The position numbers and the translations under genes are program-made. A model generated the notes under the pieces. It was not told the origin of the DNA and searched no databases. It saw only the letters and a list, made by a program, of their open reading frames with translations. 64,000 nucleotides of DNA, taken from positions 32,100 through 96,099 of the forward strand of contig CAYIAX010000001.1 in the NCBI GenBank assembly GCA_964361595.1. Direction: 5' to 3'. This DNA comes from an uncultured Candidatus Saccharibacteria bacterium. Its GTDB lineage: Bacteria > Patescibacteriota > Minisyncoccia > UBA6257 > 2-01-FULL-56-20. Shown piece by piece: positions 46,661 to 56,785 of this stretch. Positions within the stretch are counted from its first letter, which is position 1, and the number at the start of each line of letters is the position of its first letter.

Positions 46661-47332
46661 ATGAATACCGAGCCGGTGGTTCGCGATGACTGGCGCCGGG
46701 CTTTGCGCGTGACCGCCGTTGTTTTCGTTATTTTTCTTCTTCAGCACTATTTCCGCCGGTACGGCCAGCCGATAGGTAAAACTTATTTCAATATTCTTTT
46801 TGCCTCAATCGCGCTCACAGGCTTAACAATGATTGCCGCAAGCTATCTCACGGGACCGTTAGCGCGGCTTTGGCCTGCCCGCTGGACGCAATACCGCGAC
46901 CTGCGAAAACAATTCGGCTTAATCGGAGTCGCCCTGGTCGTACTGCACGTAGTGCTCGCGCTTACCATACTCACCCCCGCATATTATCCGAAAATCTTTT
47001 CGGAAGTCGGCAGATTATCGCCGCTGGGGCAGATATCCATGCTTGCAGGCGCAGTTGCCTTTGTCGGCCTGCTTGTTGTAACCGCGACCTCTTTGCCGTC
47101 GGTCGCGGCGAACATGACCGCGCGCGGCTGGAGCATAGTCCAGAGATCCGGACTTATCGCCGTCATTCTATCAGTTCTTCACTTTATAGTTTTTAAATGG
47201 CGGGGCTGGTTTAATTTGGCAAATTGGAATAATTATATTCCGCCCGGTACGTTTGTCGTGACGGCATTCATTTTGTTCGTGTTTCTGATTCGTTTCGCTG
47301 CCTATATTTCGGAACGGCGGAAAGCATTGTAA
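46661..47332 (+). CDS. ferric-reductase-like transmembrane domain protein (MsrQ/YedZ-like heme-binding membrane protein)
   Basis: 223 aa, 6 TM helices with conserved His pairs (LVVLHVVLAL ... VILSVLHFIVF). Confidence 0.45.
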   Translation: MNTEPVVRDDWRRALRVTAVVFVIFLLQHYFRRYGQPIGKTYFNILFASIALTGLTMIAASYLTGPLARLWPARWTQYRDLRKQFGLIGVALVVLHVVLALTILTPAYYPKIFSEVGRLSPLGQISMLAGAVAFVGLLVVTATSLPSVAANMTARGWSIVQRSGLIAVILSVLHFIVFKWRGWFNLANWNNYIPPGTFVVTAFILFVFLIRFAAYISERRKAL

Positions 47333-47476
47333 AGATCGGATTCTAGAGCTTTTGTGTCGTGATTTTATCGGGTTTTTCTTATTCGCCTGTTCCCTCCAGA
47401 GGCGGGCAGGCGCGCGAATTAGAGAATACAGGAAGCGCGGCTTGCCAATTCCGGTAGGCAACTTTAGGATAGAAAA

Positions 47477-48085
47477 ATGCCGCAGCAAATCGTCATCATT
47501 CACGGCGGAGACACATTCGAAACCTACGAGGAGTATTTGAAGTTCTTAAAAAGCTACGACATAAATTTCGAGCGGCTGCGCCTAGGGCGGCAGGATTGGA
47601 AAAAGAATTTGCGCGATGTGCTGGGATCCGGCTACGAGGTGATTGCGCCCACAATGCCCAGTATCAGGAATGCGAAATATTTGGAGTGGAAAATCTGGTT
47701 CGAAAAATTACTTCCATATCTACAGGAAGAAGTTATTTTAATCGGCCATTCCTTGGGCGGCACGTTTTTAGCCAAATACCTGGCCGAGAACAAATTTCCG
47801 AAAAGGCTGAAGGCGGTTTTCCTTGTAGCTCCCTGCTATGACGGCGAGGGCACGGATTATTCACTGGCGGATTTTTCCCTGCCGCAAAGCTTGGCTGGGT
47901 TAGGTGAGCAAGCGCCCAAACTTTTCATTTACCACAGCGAGGACGATAAAGTAGTGCCGTTTCCAAATCTTAAAAAGTTCCAGGCTCAATTGCCTAACGC
48001 AGTCGTCCGCGTTTTTACCAACCGCGGCCACTTCAATCAGGAAGAATTGCCCGAACTGGTAGGGGATGTAAGAAATTTAATGTAA
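47477..48085 (+). CDS. alpha/beta hydrolase (YdeN/RBBP9-like serine hydrolase)
   Basis: 202 aa. VIIHGG, nucleophile elbow GHSLGG, a C-terminal His. Confidence 0.6.
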   Translation: MPQQIVIIHGGDTFETYEEYLKFLKSYDINFERLRLGRQDWKKNLRDVLGSGYEVIAPTMPSIRNAKYLEWKIWFEKLLPYLQEEVILIGHSLGGTFLAKYLAENKFPKRLKAVFLVAPCYDGEGTDYSLADFSLPQSLAGLGEQAPKLFIYHSEDDKVVPFPNLKKFQAQLPNAVVRVFTNRGHFNQEELPELVGDVRNLM

Positions 48086-48206
48086 AATGCAAAAATCAAA
48101 GATCAAAATTATCCGGCTACGAAATACAAAATCCGCCAGCTGGCGGATACGAATATACTAAATTTCGTATATTTGTAATAAATTTGTATTTCGTAGCAAT
48201 AGCAAT

Positions 48207-48425
48207 ATGAAAATTTTTGTGAATGCGAAGCCGGGAGCAAAAACAGCGGGAGTGGAAAAAATTGACGACACGCATTTTAAAGTTGCCGTCAAAGAACCGG
48301 CCAAAGAAGGGAAGGCCAACTACGCGATTATGTCTGCGCTCGCGGAATATTTCGGTATAAGCTTGGCAAAAATCCGGCTCGTGTCCGGCATGAGCTCTCG
48401 GCAAAAAGTTTTTGAGATACTTTAG
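48207..48425 (+). CDS. DUF167 (YggU-like) protein
   Basis: 72 aa. The KIFVNAKPGAK ... HFKVAVKEPAKEGKAN ... L ... YFGI ... IRLVSG pattern. Confidence 0.65.
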   Translation: MKIFVNAKPGAKTAGVEKIDDTHFKVAVKEPAKEGKANYAIMSALAEYFGISLAKIRLVSGMSSRQKVFEIL

Positions 48426-48438
48426 TTACGATGAGCTC

Positions 48439-48490
48439 AAAACTCACCCTTAAAAACTTGAGAACTTGAGATTTTAAGGGTGAGTTTTTT
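48439..48490 (+). terminator. intrinsic terminator
   Basis: AAAACTCACCCTTAAAA ... TTTTAAGGGTGAGTTTTTT. Confidence 0.7.
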
Positions 48491-48852
48491 ATGAAATCAC
48501 TGTCTAAGCCAGAATATTTCACAGCTTACAGCTTGGCGACTAATTCACTCTCTCGCGTTTGTAAATTCATCAAGAGTCAAGGTGCCATGATGCATCATAG
48601 CGCCAAGCCCGCGCGTTATTATTTCAGAACAAAATATCTAAAATATGCTGGCAGAATGTCCCGCGATTCGAGGCGCGGCCGGTTATCCGGAAGTTGTTTT
48701 TTAGGCTTTGCCAGTTATCCACAATTTTATTGACGCTTTCTGACAAAAGGTATATTAGTTAACTAGCAGGGTCCTTTTTTCGCCGAGCCAACGCGCCTGG
48801 ATCGGCGGCAATGTAAACGGTCCATGGACTGAAGAAAAGGAAGAGAACGTCA

Positions 48853-49056
48853 ATGAGAGAAAGAGTTTCTTCCGAGTCGGTCTGTCCTGGGTGCCACGCC
48901 ATCATGGCACCCCACGATCCTTTTGTCGAATTGGTGGGAAACGAGGTCTGGCACAAGCCGTGCCATGACCGAGAGGAGCGGAAGCTGCGGAACGCAGCGG
49001 CCGTTGCGGCAGTGCCGCAGGCCCGTTCGGCACCATTCAACTATGTCGCCCAGTAG
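48853..49056 (+). CDS. small high-GC Cys/His-containing protein (67 aa), hypothetical zinc-binding
   Basis: Own promoter (TTGACG ... TATATT at 48730-48756), AAAGGAAGAG Shine-Dalgarno, CPGCH ... H ... C ... H motif, strong terminator at 49079-49122. About 63% GC. Confidence 0.4.
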   Translation: MRERVSSESVCPGCHAIMAPHDPFVELVGNEVWHKPCHDREERKLRNAAAVAAVPQARSAPFNYVAQ

Positions 49057-49078
49057 GGGGCGACAGGCGCATTCATTA

Positions 49079-49122
49079 AGCCCCCGGAACGATTCTTCCA
49101 TGAATCGTCCCGGGCTTTTTTT
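49079..49122 (+). terminator. intrinsic terminator
   Basis: GCCCCCGGAACGATTC ... GAATCGTCCCGGGC followed by TTTTTTT. Confidence 0.75.
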
Positions 49123-49277
49123 ATTTACATATCTAAAGCTGCTTTTTGTAATAGAAATAAAGGCTTTTCGTCGCATAAATCGCACGGTTAGTGAATTTAC
49201 CCCGACTTAAAAGCCGGAGTTCAGGCGTCTAACCGCGCCGTCTAAAAGGTCGTAATTAGCGCCGAAAAATTTCTTCT

Positions 49278-49511
49278 ATGCACGAAGTTCACCATCACGA
49301 CGATCTTGGTACGGGCACGGGCGTATATGTGTTCCTGGCATTTATCATTACGCTTTTAGTGGTAGGCTTGCTCGTCTGGAGATTCCTGCCGTCGCGGGCT
49401 TCGGAGGAAGGCGAGCGACCGGGCCAGATCAATGTAAATATGCCGAGCTTGCCGTTGCCGGGAAACACCGAGGGAGGAAGCCAAAACTCGCCCAACCAAC
49501 CCACCTATTAA
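49278..49511 (+). CDS. small membrane protein, hypothetical
   Basis: 77 aa with one TM helix. Terminator at 49500-49535. Confidence 0.35.
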   Translation: MHEVHHHDDLGTGTGVYVFLAFIITLLVVGLLVWRFLPSRASEEGERPGQINVNMPSLPLPGNTEGGSQNSPNQPTY

Positions 49512-49590
49512 TAGAGGTGGGTTTGTTGTATTTTGGCTACGAATTACGAATTTTTTACGAATATACGAATGATATATTTTTAACTGTGTT

Positions 49591-50109
49591 ATGATTGTGA
49601 TAAACGACATGAAAGCACAGACCAACGTACAACTAACGCGCGTCAAAGCCGAGCCCCGGGATATTTTTTTGCATCTTTTGGCGATCGTTACGCTTTATGC
49701 GGCGGCCATCAGCTTTTTGGTGCTCGTTTTCCAGTTAATCAATCTTTATGTTCCGGACAAGCTCGAACTTCAGGATTACTGGCGCAAGGATTCGATTGTA
49801 AGCACAATGCGCTGGGCAATTGCCGCCCTGATTGTCGTTTATCCGGTTCACATCATCGCTACCCGATTTTTAAACAAGGCGTATGCAGCGAAGCCGGAAA
49901 AAAGAAATTTGCGAATCCGAAAATGGCTGATTTATTTCACGCTCTTTGTGGCAGCGCTTATCATCATCGGCGACTTGGTTACGCTTATTTACCATTTTTT
50001 GGAGGGCGAACTTACCTTGCGCTTCATACTCAAGGTGCTCACAGTTTTCTTCGTGACTGGAAGCATATTTTATTACAACTTTTGGGACGTAAGGCGATAT
50101 AATGAGTGA
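49591..50109 (+). CDS. membrane protein (DUF5671-like), hypothetical
   Basis: 172 aa, 4 TM helices. Confidence 0.4.
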   Translation: MIVINDMKAQTNVQLTRVKAEPRDIFLHLLAIVTLYAAAISFLVLVFQLINLYVPDKLELQDYWRKDSIVSTMRWAIAALIVVYPVHIIATRFLNKAYAAKPEKRNLRIRKWLIYFTLFVAALIIIGDLVTLIYHFLEGELTLRFILKVLTVFFVTGSIFYYNFWDVRRYNE

Positions 50110-50220
50110 GATACAAATAATACGAATTTAAAAAGCCGGATTAGTATTTATTCGTATCATTAGTGCAATTCGCATATTAGTATCATAGTTACGCGCATAA
50201 GATTTTTAAATTTTGATTTT

Positions 50221-50682
50221 ATGAAAATTTTCGTCTACATCGTTTCCGCCGTTGTGTTCGCCGCCGTAGTCGTTGGCTTTATTGCCGTCGGTTCGCCCGG
50301 CACCCAACGCTTGCGCCGCTTTGATCTGCAAAGGATCAATAACTTGAGTATGATCCAAAATGAGATCATCAATTTTTGGCAGGTTAATAAAAAATTGCCG
50401 ACTACCTTGAATGAAATGAAAAATGAAGTTCGCGGCTTTGCCTTGCCGGCGGACCCCGAAACAGGCGAGCCGTATGAATACGCCGTTAAAGGCGATCCCA
50501 TAAATGGGGAATTCCAGCTTTGTGCGACTTTCGCCTTGGCGGACGATGCGCAAACGAGCGAGGCGTACCCCCGCTATTTCCCAGGTAATTGGCAGCATGG
50601 CGCAGGCAGGCATTGTTTCGACCGCAAGCTCGAGGAGCAGGAATTTCCCTTTTACGGCAAGCCGATGCCTATACCCCTCTAG
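50221..50682 (+). CDS. membrane-anchored hypothetical protein
   Basis: 153 aa with an N-terminal hydrophobic helix. No canonical prepilin motif. Confidence 0.4.
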   Translation: MKIFVYIVSAVVFAAVVVGFIAVGSPGTQRLRRFDLQRINNLSMIQNEIINFWQVNKKLPTTLNEMKNEVRGFALPADPETGEPYEYAVKGDPINGEFQLCATFALADDAQTSEAYPRYFPGNWQHGAGRHCFDRKLEEQEFPFYGKPMPIPL

Positions 50683-50732
50683 CCCCAGATTGTAAGAGTT
50701 GACACCTGCCGGCGGTCATTAATAATAAAGAT

Positions 50733-51356
50733 ATGAGAAAAATAACATCAATGGTCGCCATAGCTTTTGTTGCCGCCCTTTTACTGCAGACGTCGGCCGC
50801 AGAGGCAGTATCGTCAAGTCGAAAACAGGCAACGAGCACGGGCTCGAGCACGCTTGAGGTGATTAGGGGCAAAGCGGCCTCGAGCACTTTTGCGGCTTTC
50901 CGGGCGCGGCTCCAGCAAATCAAGGATGCGCAGAAGCGGAAAATCGTCGAGCACATCGTCGGCCAGCTTGAGGCCTTAAATAAGCGCCTTACCGATCATT
51001 ACTTGAACGTGCTTGATAAATTGAGCGGAGTCTTGAACCGAATTCGTTCGCGCGCGGATAAGGTGGCAGCCGACGGGTTTAATGTCTTGAATGTGCAAAC
51101 CGCGATTTCGGATGCCGAACGGGCCTTGAACGATGCACGGACGGCGGTAATCACCCAGGCCGGCAAGTCTTACGATCCCACGGTTTTGGTTGAAGCCAAG
51201 CTCAAGGATAATGTAAAAAGCGTTCGGCAAGCTGTGCGCGATGACTTGAATACAGTTCTCGATGCCGTCAAAGCCGCGCGCAGCGCCGTACAAAAAGCTG
51301 CCGTAACTTTGGCGCAAATTCCTAAAGTCGATGAAGCCTCATCAACAAATCCTTAG
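50733..51356 (+). CDS. secreted alpha-helical hypothetical protein
   Basis: 207 aa with a signal peptide. Confidence 0.4.
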   Translation: MRKITSMVAIAFVAALLLQTSAAEAVSSSRKQATSTGSSTLEVIRGKAASSTFAAFRARLQQIKDAQKRKIVEHIVGQLEALNKRLTDHYLNVLDKLSGVLNRIRSRADKVAADGFNVLNVQTAISDAERALNDARTAVITQAGKSYDPTVLVEAKLKDNVKSVRQAVRDDLNTVLDAVKAARSAVQKAAVTLAQIPKVDEASSTNP

Positions 51357-51359
51357 AAC

Positions 51360-51560
51360 ATGAGTAAAACACTTATCATTGTTCTCGTCGTAATTCTTCT
51401 CGCCATCCTCGCCTTGTTACTTTGGGGCGGGCGAACAGAAGCGCCGAGCAGTCAGTCGGACACGACAAGCGAGATCCAACAGGATCTGGATCAAATCAAT
51501 TTGAGCGGCGATCTCGACTCTGAATTTGGCGAAGTGGACGCGGGTGTAAATTCGCTCTAA
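51360..51560 (+). CDS. small membrane protein, hypothetical
   Basis: 66 aa. Terminator at 51578-51599. Confidence 0.35.
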   Translation: MSKTLIIVLVVILLAILALLLWGGRTEAPSSQSDTTSEIQQDLDQINLSGDLDSEFGEVDAGVNSL

Positions 51561-51614
51561 GCCGTCACTTGGGAAAAATCCCCCGCGCGGGGATTTTTTC
51601 TTTATACTGGAGAC

Positions 51615-52175
51615 ATGCCGCATTATCGCAGTCTGAATCGCGCAGTTGTGAAACTGCTCCGGCAAGGCAAGATCGGGGTTTTACCAACAGATACGATTTA
51701 TGGGCTCGTTGCTTCGGCGATGAAACCCGCGAGCGTGGAGCGGGTTTACCGTGTGCGCAAACGTGATCCGCGGAAGCCGATGATTGTACTCATCAGTTCG
51801 ATGAATGATCTCCGTAAGTTCGGCATAAGACCGGCTGCCGCCACGCGAAAAATTTTAGGAGCAGTCTGGCCCGGTCCGGTGAGCGTGATTTTGCCCTGCC
51901 GGGGGCTTAAGTATGCGTATCTCCATCGTGACACCAGCTCGCTGGCTTTTCGTTTGCCCACACCTCCAAGCCTGCGGAAATTTTTAAAGCAAAGCGGGCC
52001 CTTAGTCGCGCCTTCTGCTAATCCCGAAAGCAAACCGCCGGCCGAAACCGTAGCCGCAGCCAAAAGATATTTTGGCGCGAACGCGGATTTTTATGTGGAT
52101 GTGGGCCGGCGCACGGGTAAGCCTTCGGAACTCATAAAGATTGTTGGCGCGAGCAAAAAGATCCTAAGGTCTTGA
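51615..52175 (+). CDS. tsaC: L-threonylcarbamoyladenylate synthase (YrdC/TsaC/Sua5 family)
   Basis: 186 aa. GVLPTDTIYGL, KPMIVLI, APSAN. Confidence 0.75.
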   Translation: MPHYRSLNRAVVKLLRQGKIGVLPTDTIYGLVASAMKPASVERVYRVRKRDPRKPMIVLISSMNDLRKFGIRPAAATRKILGAVWPGPVSVILPCRGLKYAYLHRDTSSLAFRLPTPPSLRKFLKQSGPLVAPSANPESKPPAETVAAAKRYFGANADFYVDVGRRTGKPSELIKIVGASKKILRS

Positions 52176-52212
52176 TACTCGTTATTAGCGGAAATGGTAT
52201 AATATCTACAAG

Positions 52213-53226
52213 ATGCAATCACGCTTGGAACTCTGGTTTTTTGTTGCGCTTTTTGTCGCGGTTCTGGTCCTGGCCGCGTTAATTTTCTTGCCCTATCTTT
52301 CGGCTTTGGCCGTGGCGCTTGTCTTTGCCATAGTTTTCCGGCCGCTTTATCTCTGGTTAAGAAGGGCGGTGGGACACGAAAGCGTGGCCTCGTTCTTATC
52401 CGTTCTCGTCATTCTCCTCATTATTGCCGCGCCGGTTACTTTTGTCGGCTATAAGATTTTCGGCGAGGCCGTAAGTCTTTATGAACAGCAGGTGAACGGA
52501 ATGGATTCCGCGCCGAATCTAGTTCCTTATTTTGAAGAAAAAATTCGCGAATTTTTGCCGTGGCTGGATATTAACGTGAACGCTTATGTTGAGCAGGGCT
52601 TGAACTGGCTTTTGCAGAACTTGGGTCCGCTTTTTTCCGGCGTGGCGCGCGCGGGACTTCTATTCTTTATCAGCCTTTTCGCCCTTTACTATTTGTTCAA
52701 GGACGGCGCCCGGCTTAAAGAACTGCTCTTGGATTTAAGTCCGCTCTCGGGCCGGCATAACGCGCAAATTCTCGACAAACTTTATGTGACGATCCATGCG
52801 GTCGTGCGAGGGACGCTTGTCATTGCCTTGATCCAAGGTTTTTTGGTTGGGATTGGTTTCAAGATCTTCGGCGTGCCGAATGCGACGCTTTGGGGTTCGC
52901 TGGCCGTCGTCGCCGCGCTTTTCCCCACGATCGGAACCGGGCTCGTTACTTTGCCTGCGGTTTTCTATCTGTTCTTTGTGGATCAAAGCGTAGCAGCCTT
53001 CGGACTTTTAGGTTGGGGCCTCTTGATCGTGGGGCTCGTCGACAATTTCCTGCGGCCGTTTCTCTTGGATCGAGGCACGAATATGCATCCGTTTCTTGTC
53101 CTTGTCTCGGTTTTGGGCGGCATCAGTCTTTTCGGTCCCGCGGGCTTCCTGCTTGGACCCTTAGTCTTGAGCCTGCTCTATGTGCTTTTGGAGATTTACC
53201 GGACACTTCTAGGCGAACGAACCTAG
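52213..53226 (+). CDS. AI-2E family transporter (PerM/UPF0118)
   Basis: 337 aa, 8 TM helices, C-terminal G ... GP ... G profile. Extended -10 TGgTATAAT lies 9 nt before the ATG. Confidence 0.5.
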   Translation: MQSRLELWFFVALFVAVLVLAALIFLPYLSALAVALVFAIVFRPLYLWLRRAVGHESVASFLSVLVILLIIAAPVTFVGYKIFGEAVSLYEQQVNGMDSAPNLVPYFEEKIREFLPWLDINVNAYVEQGLNWLLQNLGPLFSGVARAGLLFFISLFALYYLFKDGARLKELLLDLSPLSGRHNAQILDKLYVTIHAVVRGTLVIALIQGFLVGIGFKIFGVPNATLWGSLAVVAALFPTIGTGLVTLPAVFYLFFVDQSVAAFGLLGWGLLIVGLVDNFLRPFLLDRGTNMHPFLVLVSVLGGISLFGPAGFLLGPLVLSLLYVLLEIYRTLLGERT

Positions 53227-53229
53227 TGT

Positions 53230-55929
53230 TTGTCGGGTATGAGTTCTTGGCATAACCGGCCGCTGGGAACGCTCGAAAGCGAGCTCCAAACGGATATTCA
53301 GCATGGGTTGACTGCTGCGGAAGCCGCAGCAAGGCGTGAGCGTTACGGCTTGAACGCTTTGCCCAAAGGAAAGCGCGAGCCGATGCTTTTGATTTTTCTG
53401 CGGCAATTCCAAAGTCCGCTTATCTATGTTTTGCTTACGGCCGCTGTCATCGTGCTTCTCACCGGCGAGCGGACTGATGCCTTGATCATTATTTTCGTCC
53501 TGCTTTTCAATGCGGTCGTGGGGACACTCCAGGAGGGCAGGGCGCAAAACACGCTTGAAGCCCTAACGGCATTTGCGACCACCTCCGCCACGGTCTTGCG
53601 CGATAACGAGGAATTGATTCTGCCGGACGAAGAGATTGTGCCGGGCGACATTATTATTCTCCATGAAGGCGAACGGATTCCTGCGGACGGACGCGTGATC
53701 GAAGCCTCATCTTTGCGCGCAGATGAAGCCGCGCTTACGGGCGAATCCGTACCGGTGCACAAAACCGAAGCGACTTTACGCAAAGCCGAACTGCCCCTGG
53801 GGGAGAAGACGAACATGGTTTGGAAGGGCACGCATGTGACGAGCGGCAGCGGGAAAGTGCTGGTCGTGGCAACCGGACTCGAGACTGAATTGGGCAGGAT
53901 CAGCGAAAGCATCAAAGTCGAAACGGAAATACCTCTGCGGCGGGAGATCCGTGCGCTGTCCCGCGTGATCATCGCCGCGGTAGCAGGGATAAGCCTTGTG
54001 ATTTTCCTTTTGGGCTGGCTCTTAAATAGCACTTCAGCGCGGGAAATGTTCGCTGTCGTGGTTTCTTTGGCCGTTTCGGTGATCCCGGAAGGTTTGCCGG
54101 TTGTGATGACGCTCGTCTTGGCCACCGGTGTCTGGCGGATGGCCAAACGGCAGGCGCTCGTCAAAAAACTCCAAGCCGTCGAGGCCTTGGGCCAGGCCAA
54201 AGTAATTGCGGTCGACAAAACCGGAACCTTGACCCGCAACGAAATGATCATCCGCAGAGTTTTCGTCGCCGGTAAGGAATACGAAATCGGCGGCACAGGC
54301 TATGAGCCGCGGGGAGAATTCAGGCAAGGAGAAAAAATCATTGACCCGCCTAACCATCCAGAATTGCTTTTGGCCGGCAAACTCGCCACCTTTTGCGCCA
54401 ATGCGCGCGTGGCCTTGATCGAGGACCATGTGGCGCCGAGCTGGAAAGTCATGGGTGATCCGACCGAAGCGGCGATGCTCGTCTTCGGAGAAAAGATGGG
54501 CTTTCACAAGGAGGATCTGGAACGTGAAGCTCCGCTTTTGGCCGAGTTGCCGTTCGATTACAAAACGAAATACCACGTGACCGCACACGCGGACAGAGGG
54601 AAACAATTTGTGACCGTGGCCGGTGCGCCCGAATCAGTGCTCACGCTTTGTACAGAAATCTACGGAATTAAAAACAATTCCGTTTTGTCCCCGGCGGAGA
54701 AAACCAGGCTGGAAAATACTTTTCACAATCTGGCGGCTCACGGTTTTCGCGTAGTTGCTTTCGCATTTGCGGAGCGGCCGTTCTTAAAGCTGGCCAAAAT
54801 TTTGGATCTGGAAATAGAGTCGCTCGTATTCGCCGGTTTCTTTGCCATGGAAGATTCGCTGCGTCCGGAAGTGCCGCAGGCGATGGAACGCGCGCGGGCG
54901 GCCGGCATTCGCATCGTGATGATCACGGGCGATCATCGGCTGGCGGCCGTCACGATCGCCAAGGAAGCGGGAATTTGGCAGGCTGACGATAAAGTTTTGA
55001 CCGGTGAAGAACTAGCCAAGCTAAACGAACAGGAACTTGCCGCGCTCCTGCCCCGAACTTCGGTTTTTGCCCGCGTGACGCCGGAAGATAAACTGAAAAT
55101 AATCAGCGCTTACAGAAAACGCGGCGAGATCGTGGCCATGACGGGGGACGGGGTAAACGATGCGCCTTCGCTGGTGGCGGCGGATCTGGGCGTGGCGATG
55201 GGCAAGATCGGCACGGAGGTGGCGAAGACCGCGGCGGACATCGTGCTCTTGGACGATAATTTCGGCAGTATTGTTTCAGCGGTGGAGGAGGGAAGAAGCA
55301 TTTATAAAACCATAAAGAAAGTCATTCTTTATCTCTTTTCCACGAGTTTGGGCGAGGTCTTGACGATCGCGGGCGCATTGATGCTGGGTTTTCCTTTGCC
55401 GCTTTTGGCGGCGCAGATTTTATGGCTCAATCTCGTAACCGATGGATTTTTGGATGTGGCCTTGGGCATGGAGCCCAAGGAAAAAGGGTTGCTTAATGAA
55501 AAATTCGGCTCGTCGCGGCGGCAGTTGGTTGACCGCCTGATGGGTTGGCGCATGCTCAATATGGCCCTGCCGATGATGATCGGGAGCTTAATTATTTTCC
55601 GTTTGTCCGATTGGTCCAATATGGAAGTTGCCTGGACCTGGACCTTGACCACGCTTGCGATTTTCCAATGGTTCAACGCCTGGAATTGCCGCTCCGAAAC
55701 AAAATCAATTTTCCAAATGAATCCTTTGAGTAATCCATTTCTTGTTTTGGCGACGCTTACGATTTTTCTCCTCCAGCTCGCTGCGGTTTATACGCCCTTC
55801 CTGCAGGGGATCTTGCACACCGCTCCTTTAAGCCTCACGCAATGGCTCTGGGCGGCTGTGGTTGCGCTTTCGATCATATTTGCCGAAGAAACAAGAAAGG
55901 CTTTCGCGCGGAAAAGGCTTGTTGCCTAA
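53230..55929 (+). CDS. P-type ATPase, cation-transporting (P2-type Ca2+/Mg2+-like)
   Basis: 899 aa. TGES, DKTGTLT phosphorylation site, TGDGVNDAP, 10 TM helices. Confidence 0.9.
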   Translation: MSGMSSWHNRPLGTLESELQTDIQHGLTAAEAAARRERYGLNALPKGKREPMLLIFLRQFQSPLIYVLLTAAVIVLLTGERTDALIIIFVLLFNAVVGTLQEGRAQNTLEALTAFATTSATVLRDNEELILPDEEIVPGDIIILHEGERIPADGRVIEASSLRADEAALTGESVPVHKTEATLRKAELPLGEKTNMVWKGTHVTSGSGKVLVVATGLETELGRISESIKVETEIPLRREIRALSRVIIAAVAGISLVIFLLGWLLNSTSAREMFAVVVSLAVSVIPEGLPVVMTLVLATGVWRMAKRQALVKKLQAVEALGQAKVIAVDKTGTLTRNEMIIRRVFVAGKEYEIGGTGYEPRGEFRQGEKIIDPPNHPELLLAGKLATFCANARVALIEDHVAPSWKVMGDPTEAAMLVFGEKMGFHKEDLEREAPLLAELPFDYKTKYHVTAHADRGKQFVTVAGAPESVLTLCTEIYGIKNNSVLSPAEKTRLENTFHNLAAHGFRVVAFAFAERPFLKLAKILDLEIESLVFAGFFAMEDSLRPEVPQAMERARAAGIRIVMITGDHRLAAVTIAKEAGIWQADDKVLTGEELAKLNEQELAALLPRTSVFARVTPEDKLKIISAYRKRGEIVAMTGDGVNDAPSLVAADLGVAMGKIGTEVAKTAADIVLLDDNFGSIVSAVEEGRSIYKTIKKVILYLFSTSLGEVLTIAGALMLGFPLPLLAAQILWLNLVTDGFLDVALGMEPKEKGLLNEKFGSSRRQLVDRLMGWRMLNMALPMMIGSLIIFRLSDWSNMEVAWTWTLTTLAIFQWFNAWNCRSETKSIFQMNPLSNPFLVLATLTIFLLQLAAVYTPFLQGILHTAPLSLTQWLWAAVVALSIIFAEETRKAFARKRLVA

Positions 55930-55961
55930 GGAATAAACGTGATATTCTTTGTAGACAAATG

Positions 55962-56693
55962 GTGAAGCTTTCCCGCTCCAAGCTCGAATTGTTTCTTGAA
56001 TGTCCGCGCTGTTTTTGGCTGGATCTGCGCCATAAGATTAAGCGGCCACCGCCGGCGCCGTACACCATCAACAATGCCGTTGATTATCTCTTGAAGCAGG
56101 AATTTGATGTCCATCGCGAAAAAGGCACGCCGCATCCGGTGATGGTTGCGCACGAGATCAAGGCCGTTCCCTACAACACTGCGGAGCTCGGCAAATGGCG
56201 GCATAATTTCACCGGCGTGCAATTCCATCACAAGCCCACGGATTTTTTGGTTTACGGAGCGGTGGATGATGTTTGGGAAAATCCACAAGGAGAACTGATT
56301 GTCGTTGATTACAAAGCGACCGGCGCGAACCAGCACCGGATCTATGATTCTTATCGCCGCCAGCTGGAAATTTACCAGTGGCTCCTACGGGGAAACGGGT
56401 ACCAGGTTTCTGGGACCGGGTATTTTGTCTTTGCCCGCGTAAGCAAAGCTAACGGTTTCACGGGAGCGACGGTCGAAGAGCGCACAGCCGCATTATCTTT
56501 CGATCTTTTTGTGGAACCGCTCGTAGGGGATTCAAGCTGGGTAGAACCCGCGATCGCAAGGGCCAGGGAAGCGTACGATCAAAGCAGTCTCCCCGCAGCC
56601 TCGCCGGACTGCGAATACTGCGCTTACCGACGCGCCAGCGAAGTGCTCGATCTGGAAAAAGCGGCCTTGAAGCCGAAAAACAAAAACGCCTGA
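55962..56693 (+). CDS. PD-(D/E)XK nuclease family protein, Cas4/RecB-like with C-terminal Cys cluster
   Basis: Start at MVKLSRSK. LFLECPRCFWLD N-terminal Cys pair, VVDYKATG (D-x-K), C-terminal CEYCAY. Confidence 0.55.
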   Translation: MKLSRSKLELFLECPRCFWLDLRHKIKRPPPAPYTINNAVDYLLKQEFDVHREKGTPHPVMVAHEIKAVPYNTAELGKWRHNFTGVQFHHKPTDFLVYGAVDDVWENPQGELIVVDYKATGANQHRIYDSYRRQLEIYQWLLRGNGYQVSGTGYFVFARVSKANGFTGATVEERTAALSFDLFVEPLVGDSSWVEPAIARAREAYDQSSLPAASPDCEYCAYRRASEVLDLEKAALKPKNKNA

Positions 56694-56730
56694 TTGTTAT
56701 TCAAGCTTTTTGCTCGGTAATGTTTTTTAC

Positions 56731-56768
56731 ATCGCCTAGTGCTATGCTATAGCATAGCACTAGGCGAT
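56731..56768. repeat. palindromic repeat family copy c (38-nt perfect palindrome)
   Basis: ATCGCCTAGTGCTATGCTATAGCATAGCACTAGGCGAT. It abuts the extended -10 TGcTACAAT of the next gene. Confidence 0.8.
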
Positions 56769-56785
56769 AATGCTACAATTTGATC

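Noticed and set aside
48491-48733. 80-aa ORF between the DUF167 terminator and the small high-GC gene
   Set aside because: It starts directly in the terminator T-tract, has no Shine-Dalgarno or -10 box, and overlaps the promoter and DnaA box of the next gene. Low-complexity translation.
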